Origin: Balanoglossus misakiensis
Taxonomy: Eukaryota; Animalia; Hemichordata
Direction: 5' to 3'
Assembly: GCA_040954595.2 (NCBI GenBank)
Contig: CM082589.2
Coordinates: 8,816,894 to 8,880,893 of the forward strand
DNA length: 64,000 nt
In this document: in pieces, positions 36,901-48,208 of the stretch
Layout: each line of letters begins with the position of its first letter
How positions within the stretch are numbered: position 1 is the stretch's first letter
Translations under genes and position numbers: made by a program
The notes under the pieces: generated by a model
What the model was told of the DNA's origin: nothing
The model's input: only the letters and a program-made list of their open reading frames with translations
The model's database searches: none

Positions 36901-39900
36901 TCAGCCTACCAATGTAGCTATTGTATTTTCCACTTTTTGTAAGTGAAGCCTGACTGTCGCCTGTCTTAGGTCACCACTTCATAAGCGGTCTTACCCGTCA
37001 TTGGCACAAACAGTCTCAGGAAGTAAGCTTTCAGCCTACCAATATAGCTATTGTATTTTCCACTTTTTGTAAGTGAAGCCTGACTGTCGCCTGTCTTAGG
37101 TCACCACTTCATAAGCGGTCTTACCCGTCATTGGCACAAACTGTCTCAGGAAGTAAGCTTTCAGCCTACCAATGTAGCTATTGTATTTTTCACTTTTTGT
37201 AAGTGAAGTCTGACTGTCGCCTGTCTTTGGTCACCACTTCATAAGCGGTCTTACCCGTCATTGGCACAAACAGTCTCAGGAAGTAAGCTTTCAGCCTACC
37301 AATGTAGCTATTGTATTTTCCACTTTTTGTAAGTGAATCCTGACTGTCGCCTGTCTTAGGTCACCACTTCATAAGCGGTCTTACCCGTCATTGGCACAAA
37401 CAGTCTCAGGAAGTAAGCTTTCAGCCAACCAATGTAGCTATTTTATTTTCCACTTTTTGTAAGTGAAGCCTGACTGTCGCCTGTCTTAGGTCACCACTTC
37501 ATAAGCGGTCTTACCCGTCATTGGCACAAACAGTCAAGGAAGTAAGCTTTCAGCCTACCAATGTAGCTATTATATTTTCCACTTTTTGTAAGTGAAGCCT
37601 GACTGTCGCCTGTCTTAGGTCACCACTTCATAAGCGGTCTTACCCGTCATTGGCACAAACAGTCTCAGGAAGTAAGCTTTCAGCCTACCAATGTAGCTAT
37701 TGTATTTTCCACTTTTTGTAAGTGAAGTCTGACTGTCGCCTGTCTTAGGTCACCACTTCATAAGCGGTCTTACCCGTCATTGGCACAAACAGTCTCAGGA
37801 AGTAAGCTTTCAGCCTACCAATGAAGCTATTGTATTTTCCACTTTTTGTAAGTGAAGCCTGACTGTCGCCTGTCTTAGGTCACCACTTCATAAGCGGTCT
37901 TACCCGTCATTGGCACAAACAGTCTCAGGAAGTAAGCTTTCAGCCTACCAATATAGCTATTGTATTTTCCACTTTTTGTAAGTGAAGCCTGACTGTCGCC
38001 TGTCTTAGGTCACCACTTCATAAGCGGTCTTACCCGTCATTGGCACAAACTGTCTCAGGAAGTAAGCTTTCAGCCTACCAATGTAGCTATTGTATTTTTC
38101 ACTTTTTGTAAGTGAAGTCTGACTGTCGCCTGTCTTTGGTCACCACTTCATAAGCGGTCTTACCCGTCATTGGCACAAACAGTCTCAGGAAGTAAGCTTT
38201 CAGCCTACCAATGTAGCTATTGTATTTTCCACTTTTTGTAAGTGAAGCCTGACTGTCGCCTGTCTTAGGTCAACACTTCATAAGCGGTCTTACCCGTCAT
38301 TGGCACAAACAGTCTCAGGAAGTAAGCTTTCAGCCTACCAATGTAGCTATTGTATTTTACACTTTTTGTAAGTGAAGCCTGACTGTCGCCTGTCTTAGGT
38401 CACCACTTCATAAGCGGCCGCGGTCTTACCCGTCATTGGCACAAACAGTCTCAGGAAGTAAGCTTTCAGCCTGCCAATGTAGCTATTGTATTTTCCACTT
38501 TTTGTAAGTGAAGCCCTCTTGTCGCCTGTCTTAGGTCACCACTTCATAAGCGGTCTTACCCGTCATTGGCACAAACAGTCACAGGAAGTAAGCTTTCACG
38601 TACCAATGTAGCTATTGTATTTTCCACTTTTTGTAAGTGAAGCCTGACTGTCGCCTGTCTTAGGTCACCACTTCATAAGCGGTCTTACCCGTCATTGGCA
38701 CAAACAGTCTCAGGAAGTAAGCTTTCAGCCTACCAATGTAGCTATTATATTTTCCAGTTTTTGTAAGTGAAGCCTGACTGTCGCCTGTCTAAGGTCACCA
38801 CTTCATAAGTGGTCTTACCCGTTATTGGCACAAACAGTCTCAGGAAGTAAGCTTTCAGCCTACCAATGTAGCTATTGTATTTTCCACTTTTTGTAAGTGA
38901 AGCCTGACTGTCGCCTGTCTTAGGTCACCACTTCATAAGCGGTCTTACCCGTCATTGGCACAAACAGTCTCAGGAAGTAAGCTTTCAGCCTACCAATATA
39001 GCTATTGTATTTTCCACTTTTTGTAAGTGAAGCCTGACTGTCGCCTGTCTTAGGTCACCACTTCATAAGCGGTCTTACCCGTCATTGGCACAAACTGTCT
39101 CAGGAAGTAAGCTTTCAGCCTACCAATGTAGCTATTGTATTTTTCACTTTTTGTAAGTGAAGTCTGACTGTCGCCTGTCTTTGGTCACCACTTCATAAGC
39201 GGTCTTACCCGTCATTGGCACAAACAGTCTCAGGAAGTAAGCTTTCAGCCTACCAATGTAGCTATTGTATTTTCCACTTTTTGTAAGTGAAGCCTGACTG
39301 TCGCCTGTCTTAGGTCAACACTTCATAAGCGGTCTTACCCGTCATTGGCACAAACAGTCTCAGGAAGTAAGCTTTCAGCCTACCAATGTAGCTATTGTAT
39401 TTTACACTTTTTGTAAGTGAAGCCTGACTGTCGCCTGTCTTAGGTCACCACTTCATAAGCGGCCGCGGTCTTACCCGTCATTGGCACAAACAGTCTCAGG
39501 AAGTAAGCTTTCACGTACCAATGTAGCTATTGTATTTTCCACTTTTTGTAAGTGAAGCCCTCTTGTCGCCTGTCTTAGGTCACCACTTCATAAGCGGTCT
39601 TACCCGTCATTGGCACAAACAGTCACAGGAAGTAAGCTTTCACGTACCAATGTAGCTATTGTATTTTCCACTTTTTGTAAGTGAAGCCTGACTGTCGCCT
39701 GTCTTAGGTCACCACTTCATAAGCGGTCTTACCCGTCATTGGCACAAACAGTCTCAGGAAGTAAGCTTTCAGCCTACCAATGTAGCTATTATATTTTCCA
39801 CTTTTTGTAAGTGAAGCCTGACTGTCGCCTGTCTAAGGTCACCACTTCATAAGTGGTCTTACCCGTTATTGGCACAAACAGTCTCAGGAAGTAAGCTTTC

Positions 39901-42900
39901 AGCCTACCAATGTAGCTATTGTATTTTCCACTTTTTGTAAGTGAAGCCTGACTGTCGCCTGTCTTAGGTCACCACTTCATAAGCGGTCTTACCTGTCATT
40001 GGCACAAACAGTCTCAGGAAGTAAGCTTTCAGCCTACCAATGTAGCTATTGTATTTTCCACTTTTTGTAAGTGAAGCCTGACTGTCGCCTGTCTTAGGTC
40101 ACCACTTCATAAGCGGTCTTACCCGTCATTGGCACAAACAGTCTCAGGAAGTAAGCTTTCAGCCTACCAATGTAGCTATTGAATTTTCCACTTTTTGTAA
40201 GTGAAGCCTGACTGTCGCCTGTCTTAGGTCACCACTTCATAAGCGGTCTTACCCGTCATTGGCACAAACAGTCTCAGGAAGTAAGCTTTCAGCCTACCAA
40301 TGTAGCTATTATATTTTCCACTTTTTGTAAGTGAAGCCTGACTGTCGCCTGTCTTAGGTCACCACTTCATAAGTGGTCTTACCCGTTATTGGCACAAACA
40401 GTCTCAGGAAGTAAGCTTTCAGCCTACCAATGTAGCTATTGTATTTTCCACTTTTTGTAAGTGAAGCCTGACTGTCGCCTATCTTAGGTCACCACTTCAT
40501 AAGCGGTCTTACCTGTCATTGGCACAAACAGTCTCAGGAAGTAAGCTTTCAGCCTACCAATGTAGCTATTGTATTTTCCACTTTTTGTAAGTGAAGCCTG
40601 ACTGTCGTCTGTCTTAGGTCACCACTTCATAAGCGGTCTTACCCGTCATTGGCACAAACAGTCTCAGGAAGTAAGCTTTCAGCCTACCAATGTAGCTATT
40701 GTATTTTCCACTTTTTGTAAGTGAAGCCTGACTGTCGCCTGTCTTAGGTCACCACTTCATAAGCGGTCTTACCCGTCATTGGCACAAACAGTCTCAGGAC
40801 GTAAGCTTTCAGCCTACCAATGTAGCTATTGTATTTTCCACTTTTTATAAGTGAAGCCTGACTGTCGCCTGTCTTAGGTCACCACTTCATAAGCGGTCTT
40901 ACCTGTCATTGGCACAAACAGTCACAGGAAGTAAGCTTTCAGCCTACCAATGTAGCTATTGTATACTCCACTTTTTGTAAGTGAAGCCTGACTGTCGCCT
41001 GTCTTAGGTCACCACTTCATAAGCGGTCTTACCCGTCATTGGCACAAACAGTCTCAGGAAGTAAGCTTTCAGCCTACCAATGTAGCTATTTTATTTTCCA
41101 CTTTTTGTAAGTGAAGCCTGACTGTCGCCTGTCTTAGGTCACCACTTCATAAGCGGTCTTACCCGTCATTGGCACAAACAGTCTCAGGAAGTAAGCTTTC
41201 AGCCTACCAATGTAGCTATTGTATTTTCCGCTTTTTGTAAGTGAAGCCTGACTATCGCCTGTCTTAGGTCACCACTTCATAAGCGGTCTTACCCAACATT
41301 GGCATAAACAGTCTCAGGAAGTAAGCTTTCAGCCTATCAATGTAGCTATTATATTTTCCACTTTTTGTAAGTGAAGCCTGACTGTCGCCTGTCTTAGGTC
41401 ACCACTTCATAAGCGGTCTTACCTGTCATTGGCACAAACAGTCTTAGGAAGTAAGCTTTCAGCCTACCAATGTAGCTATTGTATTTTCCACTTTTTGTAA
41501 GTGAAGCCTGACTGTCGCCTGTCTTAGGTCACCACTTCATAAGCGGTCTTACCCGTCATTGGCACAAACAGTCTCAGGAAGTAAGCTTTCAGCCTACCAA
41601 TGTAGCTATTGTATTTTCCAATTTTTGTAAGTGAAGCCTGACTGTCGCCTGTCTTAGGTCACCACTTCATAAGCGGTCTTACCCGTCATTGGCACAAACA
41701 GTCTCAGGAAGTAAGCTTTCAGCCTACCAATGTAGCTATTATATTTTCCACTTTTTGTAAGTGAAGCCTGACTGTCGCCTGTCTTAGGTCACCACTTCAT
41801 AAGCGGTCTTACCTGTCATTGGCACAAACAGTCTCAGGAAGTAAGCTTTCAGCCTACCAATGTAGCTATTGTATTTTCCATTTTTTGTAAGTGAAGCCTG
41901 ACTGTCGCCTGTCTTAGGTCACCACTTCATAAGCGGTCTTACCCGTCATTGGCACAAACAGTCTCAGGAAGTAAGCTTTCAGCCTACCAATGTAGCTATT
42001 GTATTTTCCACTTTTTGTAAGTGAAGCCTGACTGTCGCCTGTCTTAGGTCACCACTTCATAAGCGGTCTTACCCGTCATTGGCACAAACAGTCTCAGGAA
42101 GTAAGCTTTCAGCCTACCAATGTAGCTATTGTATTTTCCATTTTTTGTAAGTGAAGCCTGACTGTCGCCTGTCTTAGGTCACCACTTCATAAGCGGTCTT
42201 ACCCGTCATTGGCACAAACAGTCTCAGGAAGTAAGCTTTCAGCCTACCAATGTAGCTATTGTATTTTCCACTTTTTGTAAGTGAAGCCTGACTGTCGCCT
42301 GGCTTAGGTCACCACTTCATAAGCGGTCTTACCCGTCATTGGCACAAACAGTCTCAGGAAGTAAGCTTTCAGCCTACCAATGAAGCTATTGTATTTTCCA
42401 CTTTTTGTAAGTGAAGCCTGACTGTCGCCTGTCTTAGGTCACCACTTCATAAGCGGTCTTACCCGTCATTGGCACAAACAGTCTCAGGAAGTAAGCTTTC
42501 AGCCTACCAATGTAGCTATTGTATTTTCCACTTTTTGTAAGTGAAGCCTGACTGTCGCCTGTCTTAGGTCACCACTTCATAAGCGGTCTTACCCGTCATT
42601 GGCACAAACAGTCTCAGGAAGTAAGCTTTCAGCCTACCAATGTAGCTATTGTATTTTCCATTTTTTGTAAGTGAAGCCTGACTGTCGCCTGTCTTAGGTC
42701 ACCACTTCATAAGCGGTCTTACCCGTCATTGGCACAAACAGTCTCAGGAAGTAAGCTTTCAGCCTACCAATGTAGCTATTGTATTTTCCACTTTTTGTAA
42801 ATGAAGCCTGACTGTCGCCTGGCTTAGGTCACCACTTCATAAGCGGTCTTACCCGTCATTGGCACAAACAGTCTCAGGAAGTAAGCTTTCAGCCTACCAA

Positions 42901-44994
42901 TGAAGCTATTGTATTTTCCACTTTTTGTAAGTGAAGCCTGACTGTCGCCTGTCTTAGGTCACCACTTCATAAGCGGTCTTACCCGTCATTGGCACAAACA
43001 GTCTCAGGAAGTAAGCTTTCAGCCTACCAATGTAGCTATTGTATTTTCCACTTTTTGTAAGTGAAGCCTGACTGTCGCCTGTCTTAGGTCACCACTTCAT
43101 AAGCGGTCTTACCCGTCATTGGCACAAACAGTCTCAGGAAGTAAGCTTTCAGCCTACCAATGTAGCTATTGTATTTTCCACTTTTTGTAAGTGAAGCCTG
43201 ACTGTCGCCTGTCTTAGGTCACCACTTCATAAGCGGTCTTACCCGTCATTGGCACAAACAGTCTCAGGAAGTAAGCTTTCAGCCTACCAATGTAGCTATT
43301 TTATTTTCCACTTTTTGTAAGTGAAGCCTGACTGTCGCCTGTCTTAGGTCACCACTTCATAAGCGGTCTTACCCGTCATTGGCACAAACAGTCTCAGGAA
43401 GTAAGCTTTCAGCCTACCAATGTAGCTATTATATTTTCCACTTTTTGTAAGTGAAGCCTGACTGTCGCCTGTCTTAGGTCACCACTTCATAAGCGGTCTT
43501 ACCCGTCATTGGCACAAACAGTCTCAGGAAGTAAGCTTTCAGCCTACCAATGTAGCTATTGTATTTTCCACTTTTTGTAAGTGAAGTCTGACTGTCGCCT
43601 GTCTTAGGTCACCACTTCATAAGCGGTCTTACCCGTCATTGGCACAAACAGTCTCAGGAAGTAAGCTTTCAGCCTACCAATGAAGCTATTGTATTTTCCA
43701 CTTTTTGTAAGTGAAGCCTGACTGTCGCCTGTCTTAGGTCACCACTTCATAAGCGGTCTTACCCGTCATTGGCACAAACAGTCTCAGGAAGTAAGCTTTC
43801 AGCCTACCAATATAGCTATTGTATTTTCCACTTTTTGTAAGTGAAGCCTGACTGTCGCCTGTCTTAGGTCACCACTTCATAAGCGGTCTTACCCGTCATT
43901 GGCACAAACTGTCTCAGGAAGTAAGCTTTCAGCCTACCAATGTAGCTATTGTATTTTTCACTTTTTGTAAGTGAAGTCTGACTGTCGCCTGTCTTAGGTC
44001 ACCACTTCATAAGCGGCCTTACCCGTCATTGGCACAAACAGTCTCAGGAAGTAAGCTTTCAGCCTACCAATGTAGCTATTGTATTTTCCACTTTTTGTAA
44101 GTGAAGCCTGACTGTCGCCTGTCTTAGGTCAACACTTCATAAGCGGTCTTACCCGTCATTGGCACAAACAGTCTCAGGAAGTAAGCTTTCAGCCTACCAA
44201 TGTAGCTATTGTATTTTACACTTTTTGTAAGTGAAGCCTGACTGTCGCCTGTCTTAGGTCACCACTTCATAAGCGGCCGCGGTCTTACCCGTCATTGGCA
44301 CAAACAGTCTCAGGAAGTAAGCTTTCAGCCTGCCAATGTAGCTATTGTATTTTCCACTTTTTGTAAGTGAAGCCCTCTTGTCGCCTGTCTTAGGTCACCA
44401 CTTCATAAGCGGTCTTACCCGTCATTGGCACAAACAGTCACAGGAAGTAAGCTTTCACGTACCAATGTAGCTATTGTATTTTCCACTTTTTGTAAGTGAA
44501 GCCTGACTGTCGCCTGTCTTAGGTCACCACTTCATAAGCGGTCTTACCCGTCATTGGCACAAACAGTCTCAGGAAGTAAGCTTTCAGCCTACCAATGTAG
44601 CTATTATATTTTCCAGTTTTTGTATGTGAAGCCTGACTGTCGCCTGTCTAAGGTCACCACTTCATAAGTGGTCTTACCCGTTATTGGCACAAACAGTCTC
44701 AGGAAGTAAGCTTTCAGCCTACCAATGTAGCTATTGTATTTTCCACTTTTTGTAAGTGAAGCCTGACTGTCGCCTGTCTTAGGTCACCACTTCATAAGCG
44801 GTCTTACCTGTCATTGGCACAAACAGTCTCAGGAAGTAAGCTTTCAGCCTACCAATGTAGCTATTGTATTTTCCACTTTTTGTAAGTGAAGCCTGACTGT
44901 CGCCTGTCTTAGGTCACCACTTCATAAGCGGTCTTACCCGTCATTGGCACAAACAGTCTCAGGAAGTAAGCTTTCAGCCTACCAATGTAGCTAT
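30936..44994. repeat. 130-bp satellite array, block 2 (~108 monomers)
   Basis: Same monomer, orientation and phase resume after the Gypsy TSD. Confidence 0.99.
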
Positions 44995-45545
44995 ACACGA
45001 ATCACGAATCTCAGGCGCGCGATGCATTGTGGGGTTGGGGCAATGGTCAAGTGGGCATCAACGGGCGCTCTCTTGCGTAACCAGGGTAAACAATAGACAC
45101 CGACCACAACAATAACACGGAAGTTATCGTCCGAAACAGGTGCGTATTGATTATTTCTCCCTATATTTTACACATGGTGACATTTACTAGTGTCCTCTAC
45201 AGCTATTTTGCAGAATTATTCTCTTAAAAACTGAAAAATTACTGACTATTATTACGGGCTTCTTCGACGTCCGACGCGTCGCCGGGCGCCGGCCCGGGTA
45301 AAGTTATGCTAGTTCAAGTTACGTTCACTTCTACTGAAGCCGAATCATCGCAAAATAATTACTTTAAGATGTTAGCCGTTTCATAAATAGAGAAAAAAAC
45401 TGTGATGTGGTACATTGGCGATATTCTCGAATATTTCTGTGATCGGTAACAAGTTACGGGCATCGCATCGGCAGCTCGTTTCGGCGGTAAAACAAAGACC
45501 GCTGCCGGGGATGCAGCTGAAGGTCTCGGTCGTCTTCTACCTCGA
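44995..45545 (+). repeat. Left terminal inverted repeat (551 bp)
   Basis: Reverse complement of 50627-51187 apart from 2 substitutions, a 1-bp homopolymer indel and an 11-bp indel. Confidence 0.95.
45018..45035 (-). promoter_or_regulatory. ZNF143/Staf-like binding site in the TIR (mirrored in the right TIR)
   Basis: ACCCCACAATGCATCGCG resembles the SBS consensus YYCCCANNATGCMYYRCR. Confidence 0.5.
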
Positions 45546-45692
45546 TGTTCTCAGGCCTGAAAGTCACTAAAAGTCATTCTGACTTACTACGAGTTGCGTG
45601 TTGTGAGACCCACTTGTTATTTTGACTATAGGGGGGCTAGTAATGATTCAATCAGAAAATTATTATAAATTGTATTTTATCTAGGTCTAAGA

Positions 45693-47324
45693 ATGCCAGG
45701 ACATCGTAATTGCTGCGTAGTCGACTGTGGAAACAGTGGCGCCAGGTTAGAAAAATGGATGACAGAGGTCTGTTCAAATCACAATTGCTTATTTGGACAG
45801 GGTCGGTGCAATTGTCCTCCACCATTTGCCCTTTTCCCGTTTCCAACGGCACTCAAAGATGCATCAGGAAGACTCAGATGGCAACGATTGATCAATCGAA
45901 AAGACGCTACCGGCAAAAATTGGAAACCAAACAGATATTCCAGGGTTTGTTCTCGCCATTTCATAGACGGTAGACCAACGAGTAAACACCCTGATCCCAT
46001 TCTGCACCTCGGCTATGTTTATTCTAAACGGCACGTCATCAAGTCCAGACGGAGTCCAGTGAGCAGGGTCGTTGACGTAGTCGAGTGTGATAGTGGAAGT
46101 GGCGAATGCGCATCTTTGCCAACAACCAGCGATGCACCACAGGACTCTGCCAATATGCCGTCATTTACACCACCATCACCCATATTAACTCATAAGCCTA
46201 CAAATGACCATGATTATTGCTCTCCACCTTGTGAACCCAGCACATGTACAAATGAAATATGTGCCGAGAAATTGAAAGCCAAAGACAGGGAGATTCACCT
46301 GCTGAGACAATATACAGGTATATTGAAACGAGAGGTGGATAATCTGAAAAAAAAACTCAACGACAAAATCAAACAGCCTTTCAGTCATGTAAATCTTTCT
46401 GATGATAGAAAAACGAGACTTTTTACAGGACTGCCAAACAAAAAAACTTTTGATAATTTATTTGATAATGTTATTCGAATTAAGGCATTGAAACTGAAAT
46501 ACTGGAGGGGCCCGAGCAAACTGTCAACTAGGGTGCGTAGGTTTACCCGGACGCCAACAAAATCTGGACCAAGTCGCCGACTCCGACAAAAGGATGAATT
46601 CCTTCTAACACTGATGAAGTTGCGTCTCGGGAGCACAAATGCAGATCTGGCTGACCGTTTTGGTGTGAGTTCAAGCACTGTTAGTAACATCATCAATACG
46701 TGGTTGCGATTTTTAGCTCGTGAATGGAAATGTCTAATTTACAATCCCCCGAGAGAAGTGGCAAGTCAACACTGTCCCACGAAATTCAGAAAATCAAAAT
46801 ATAAGAATGTTAGACACATTATAGATTGTACCGAGGTTTTCATTGAAGCACCAAAGGATCCGGTTGTGCGTGCAGCCACATTTTCTGAATACAAACATCA
46901 TGAAACAATTAAATTTTTAGTTTCAATTATGCCATGTGGGATGTTTAATTTTATATCTGAGACATGGGGTGGGAGAACGTCTGACGTTTACTTGACTCGA
47001 CAGTGCGGGTTTTACGACATACTGGAATACAATGACGAAATAATGGCAGACAAAGGTTTTACTATTGCTGATGACCTCTTACTTAGACACTGTCATCTCC
47101 ACATGCCTCCTGGCAAACGCGGTGACGAACAAATGTCCCAACGTGACGTTCTACGAACAAAAGAAATTGCAAACTTGAGAATATTTGTTGAAAAAGCTAT
47201 AAGAAGGTTGAAAACATTCAAAATTTTGAAAAATGAGCTTCCAATCACACTTTTAGATAAAGCTGATGACATCGTTACGATATGTGCAGCGATATGTAAC
47301 ACATATCCAAAACTGTGTATGTGA
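45693..47324 (+). CDS. Transposase: THAP zinc finger, coiled coil, HTH, Harbinger/IS5-like DDE domain
   Basis: CCVVDC...FPFP...W...RVCSRHF (THAP); FLLTLMKLRLG...DLADRFGVSSSTVS (HTH); IDCTE, MADKGF and RIFVEKAI catalytic motifs; uninterrupted 543 aa. Confidence 0.94.
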   Translation: MPGHRNCCVVDCGNSGARLEKWMTEVCSNHNCLFGQGRCNCPPPFALFPFPTALKDASGRLRWQRLINRKDATGKNWKPNRYSRVCSRHFIDGRPTSKHPDPILHLGYVYSKRHVIKSRRSPVSRVVDVVECDSGSGECASLPTTSDAPQDSANMPSFTPPSPILTHKPTNDHDYCSPPCEPSTCTNEICAEKLKAKDREIHLLRQYTGILKREVDNLKKKLNDKIKQPFSHVNLSDDRKTRLFTGLPNKKTFDNLFDNVIRIKALKLKYWRGPSKLSTRVRRFTRTPTKSGPSRRLRQKDEFLLTLMKLRLGSTNADLADRFGVSSSTVSNIINTWLRFLAREWKCLIYNPPREVASQHCPTKFRKSKYKNVRHIIDCTEVFIEAPKDPVVRAATFSEYKHHETIKFLVSIMPCGMFNFISETWGGRTSDVYLTRQCGFYDILEYNDEIMADKGFTIADDLLLRHCHLHMPPGKRGDEQMSQRDVLRTKEIANLRIFVEKAIRRLKTFKILKNELPITLLDKADDIVTICAAICNTYPKLCM

Positions 47325-47394
47325 GCCATGATCTGATGTATGGACCATGTAGTGTTATAGAAAACGGTATTTTCCACAATATTGTGAGTAACGA

Positions 47395-47440
47395 AATAAA
47401 TACAATGTTAATTTTCAAATAAAAAACTTTTCATTTTATT
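47395..47440. terminator. Convergent poly(A) signals of the two transposon genes
   Basis: AATAAA at 47395-47400 and 47418-47423 on +; TTTATT at 47435-47440 (AATAAA on -). Confidence 0.5.
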
Positions 47441-47488
47441 TCTTTCCTGATATGAAATTCTAAATGTACTATAAGTACTATAAGTCTT

Positions 47489-47489
<1 letters not shown>

Positions 47490-47519
<30 letters not shown>
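47490..47519. repeat. (CA)n microsatellite
   Basis: About 15 CA units. Confidence 0.95.
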
Positions 47520-47523
<4 letters not shown>

Positions 47524-47589
47524 CGCACCTATACGCACACCATCCCTCATTGACAATTATAAGGTACAGAAGAAGTTAATAACTCATTA

Positions 47590-48173
47590 CCGTAGTTGCC
47601 CGGGTAAGAACCCCTGCTCGGACAAACGCCCCCCCCCTGGTTTTAGGGCCCATTTGTAGATCGAGGCCATATCCGGTCTAAAGCCCCCCCCCCCCCCCCC
47701 CGGCCGAATATCCATTAAATTCTTGGAAATTTAATAAAGTGCAATGCAAAAAAGGCGGATTTTCATCCCCAAAGTCACTAAAAGTGAAAAAAAAATGTAT
47801 GATGATTTACTTTCGCGCTGATTATCGTACCCACCGCGGCCGACTGGCCACGCTGAGTTATATATAGCCGCTCTAGAAAACATGACCTCAGACAGGTCCC
47901 TCGGGACCGTGCCTCGAATTCAACGATCACGTAGATGGACGCGCTGCCGCGTGTGAGGTCACCGGGGAGCTTTCCAAAGCGGCCGCGTGGAGCTGCTTCA
48001 GTCCGTCCTCGACGCGAAACACCCAACATTGGAAGATCCCGACTTGGACTCAGAGGTGGCCATCCCTCATTTGCATAAATCTCGAGGCCATATCCGGGCT
48101 AAAGCCCCCCCCCCCCTGTTTTTTCGCTAATCTGTTGGCCCAGCACCCGGGGCTCTTACCCGGGCAACTACGG
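47590..48173. mobile_element. Nested non-autonomous DNA transposon (MITE, Tc1/mariner-type ends), 584 bp
   Basis: TIRs CCGTAGTTGCCCGGGTAAGA / TCTTACCCGGGCAACTACGG; TA duplicated at 47588-47589 and 48174-48175; internal direct repeats TCGAGGCCATATCCGGKCTAAAG-polyC at ~47661 and ~48082. Confidence 0.9.
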
Positions 48174-48208
48174 TAGTTACATATGTATGAAAAAATAGTC
48201 GAGGTTGG

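Noticed and set aside
42070-42090. CENP-B box on the minus strand (TTGTGCCAATGACGGGT)
   Set aside because: Matches only about 6 of the 9 essential positions
42001-42130. Monomer as a 5S rRNA, tRNA, snRNA or spliced-leader RNA gene (GTAAGT donor-like, ACTTTTTGT Sm-like and GCCTAC words)
   Set aside because: Only short word matches, no collinear similarity that I can recognise, and no spacer for a promoter or terminator; an Rfam/Infernal search would settle it
47956-47987. AGGTCACC and AAGCGGCCGCG in the MITE resemble the NotI satellite variant
   Set aside because: Two short words with different spacing and no flanking similarity; probably chance
47541-48071. CATCCCTCATT repeated at 47541 and 48061 as a possible TSD
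   Set aside because: Does not fit the MITE boundaries defined by the TIRs and TA duplication
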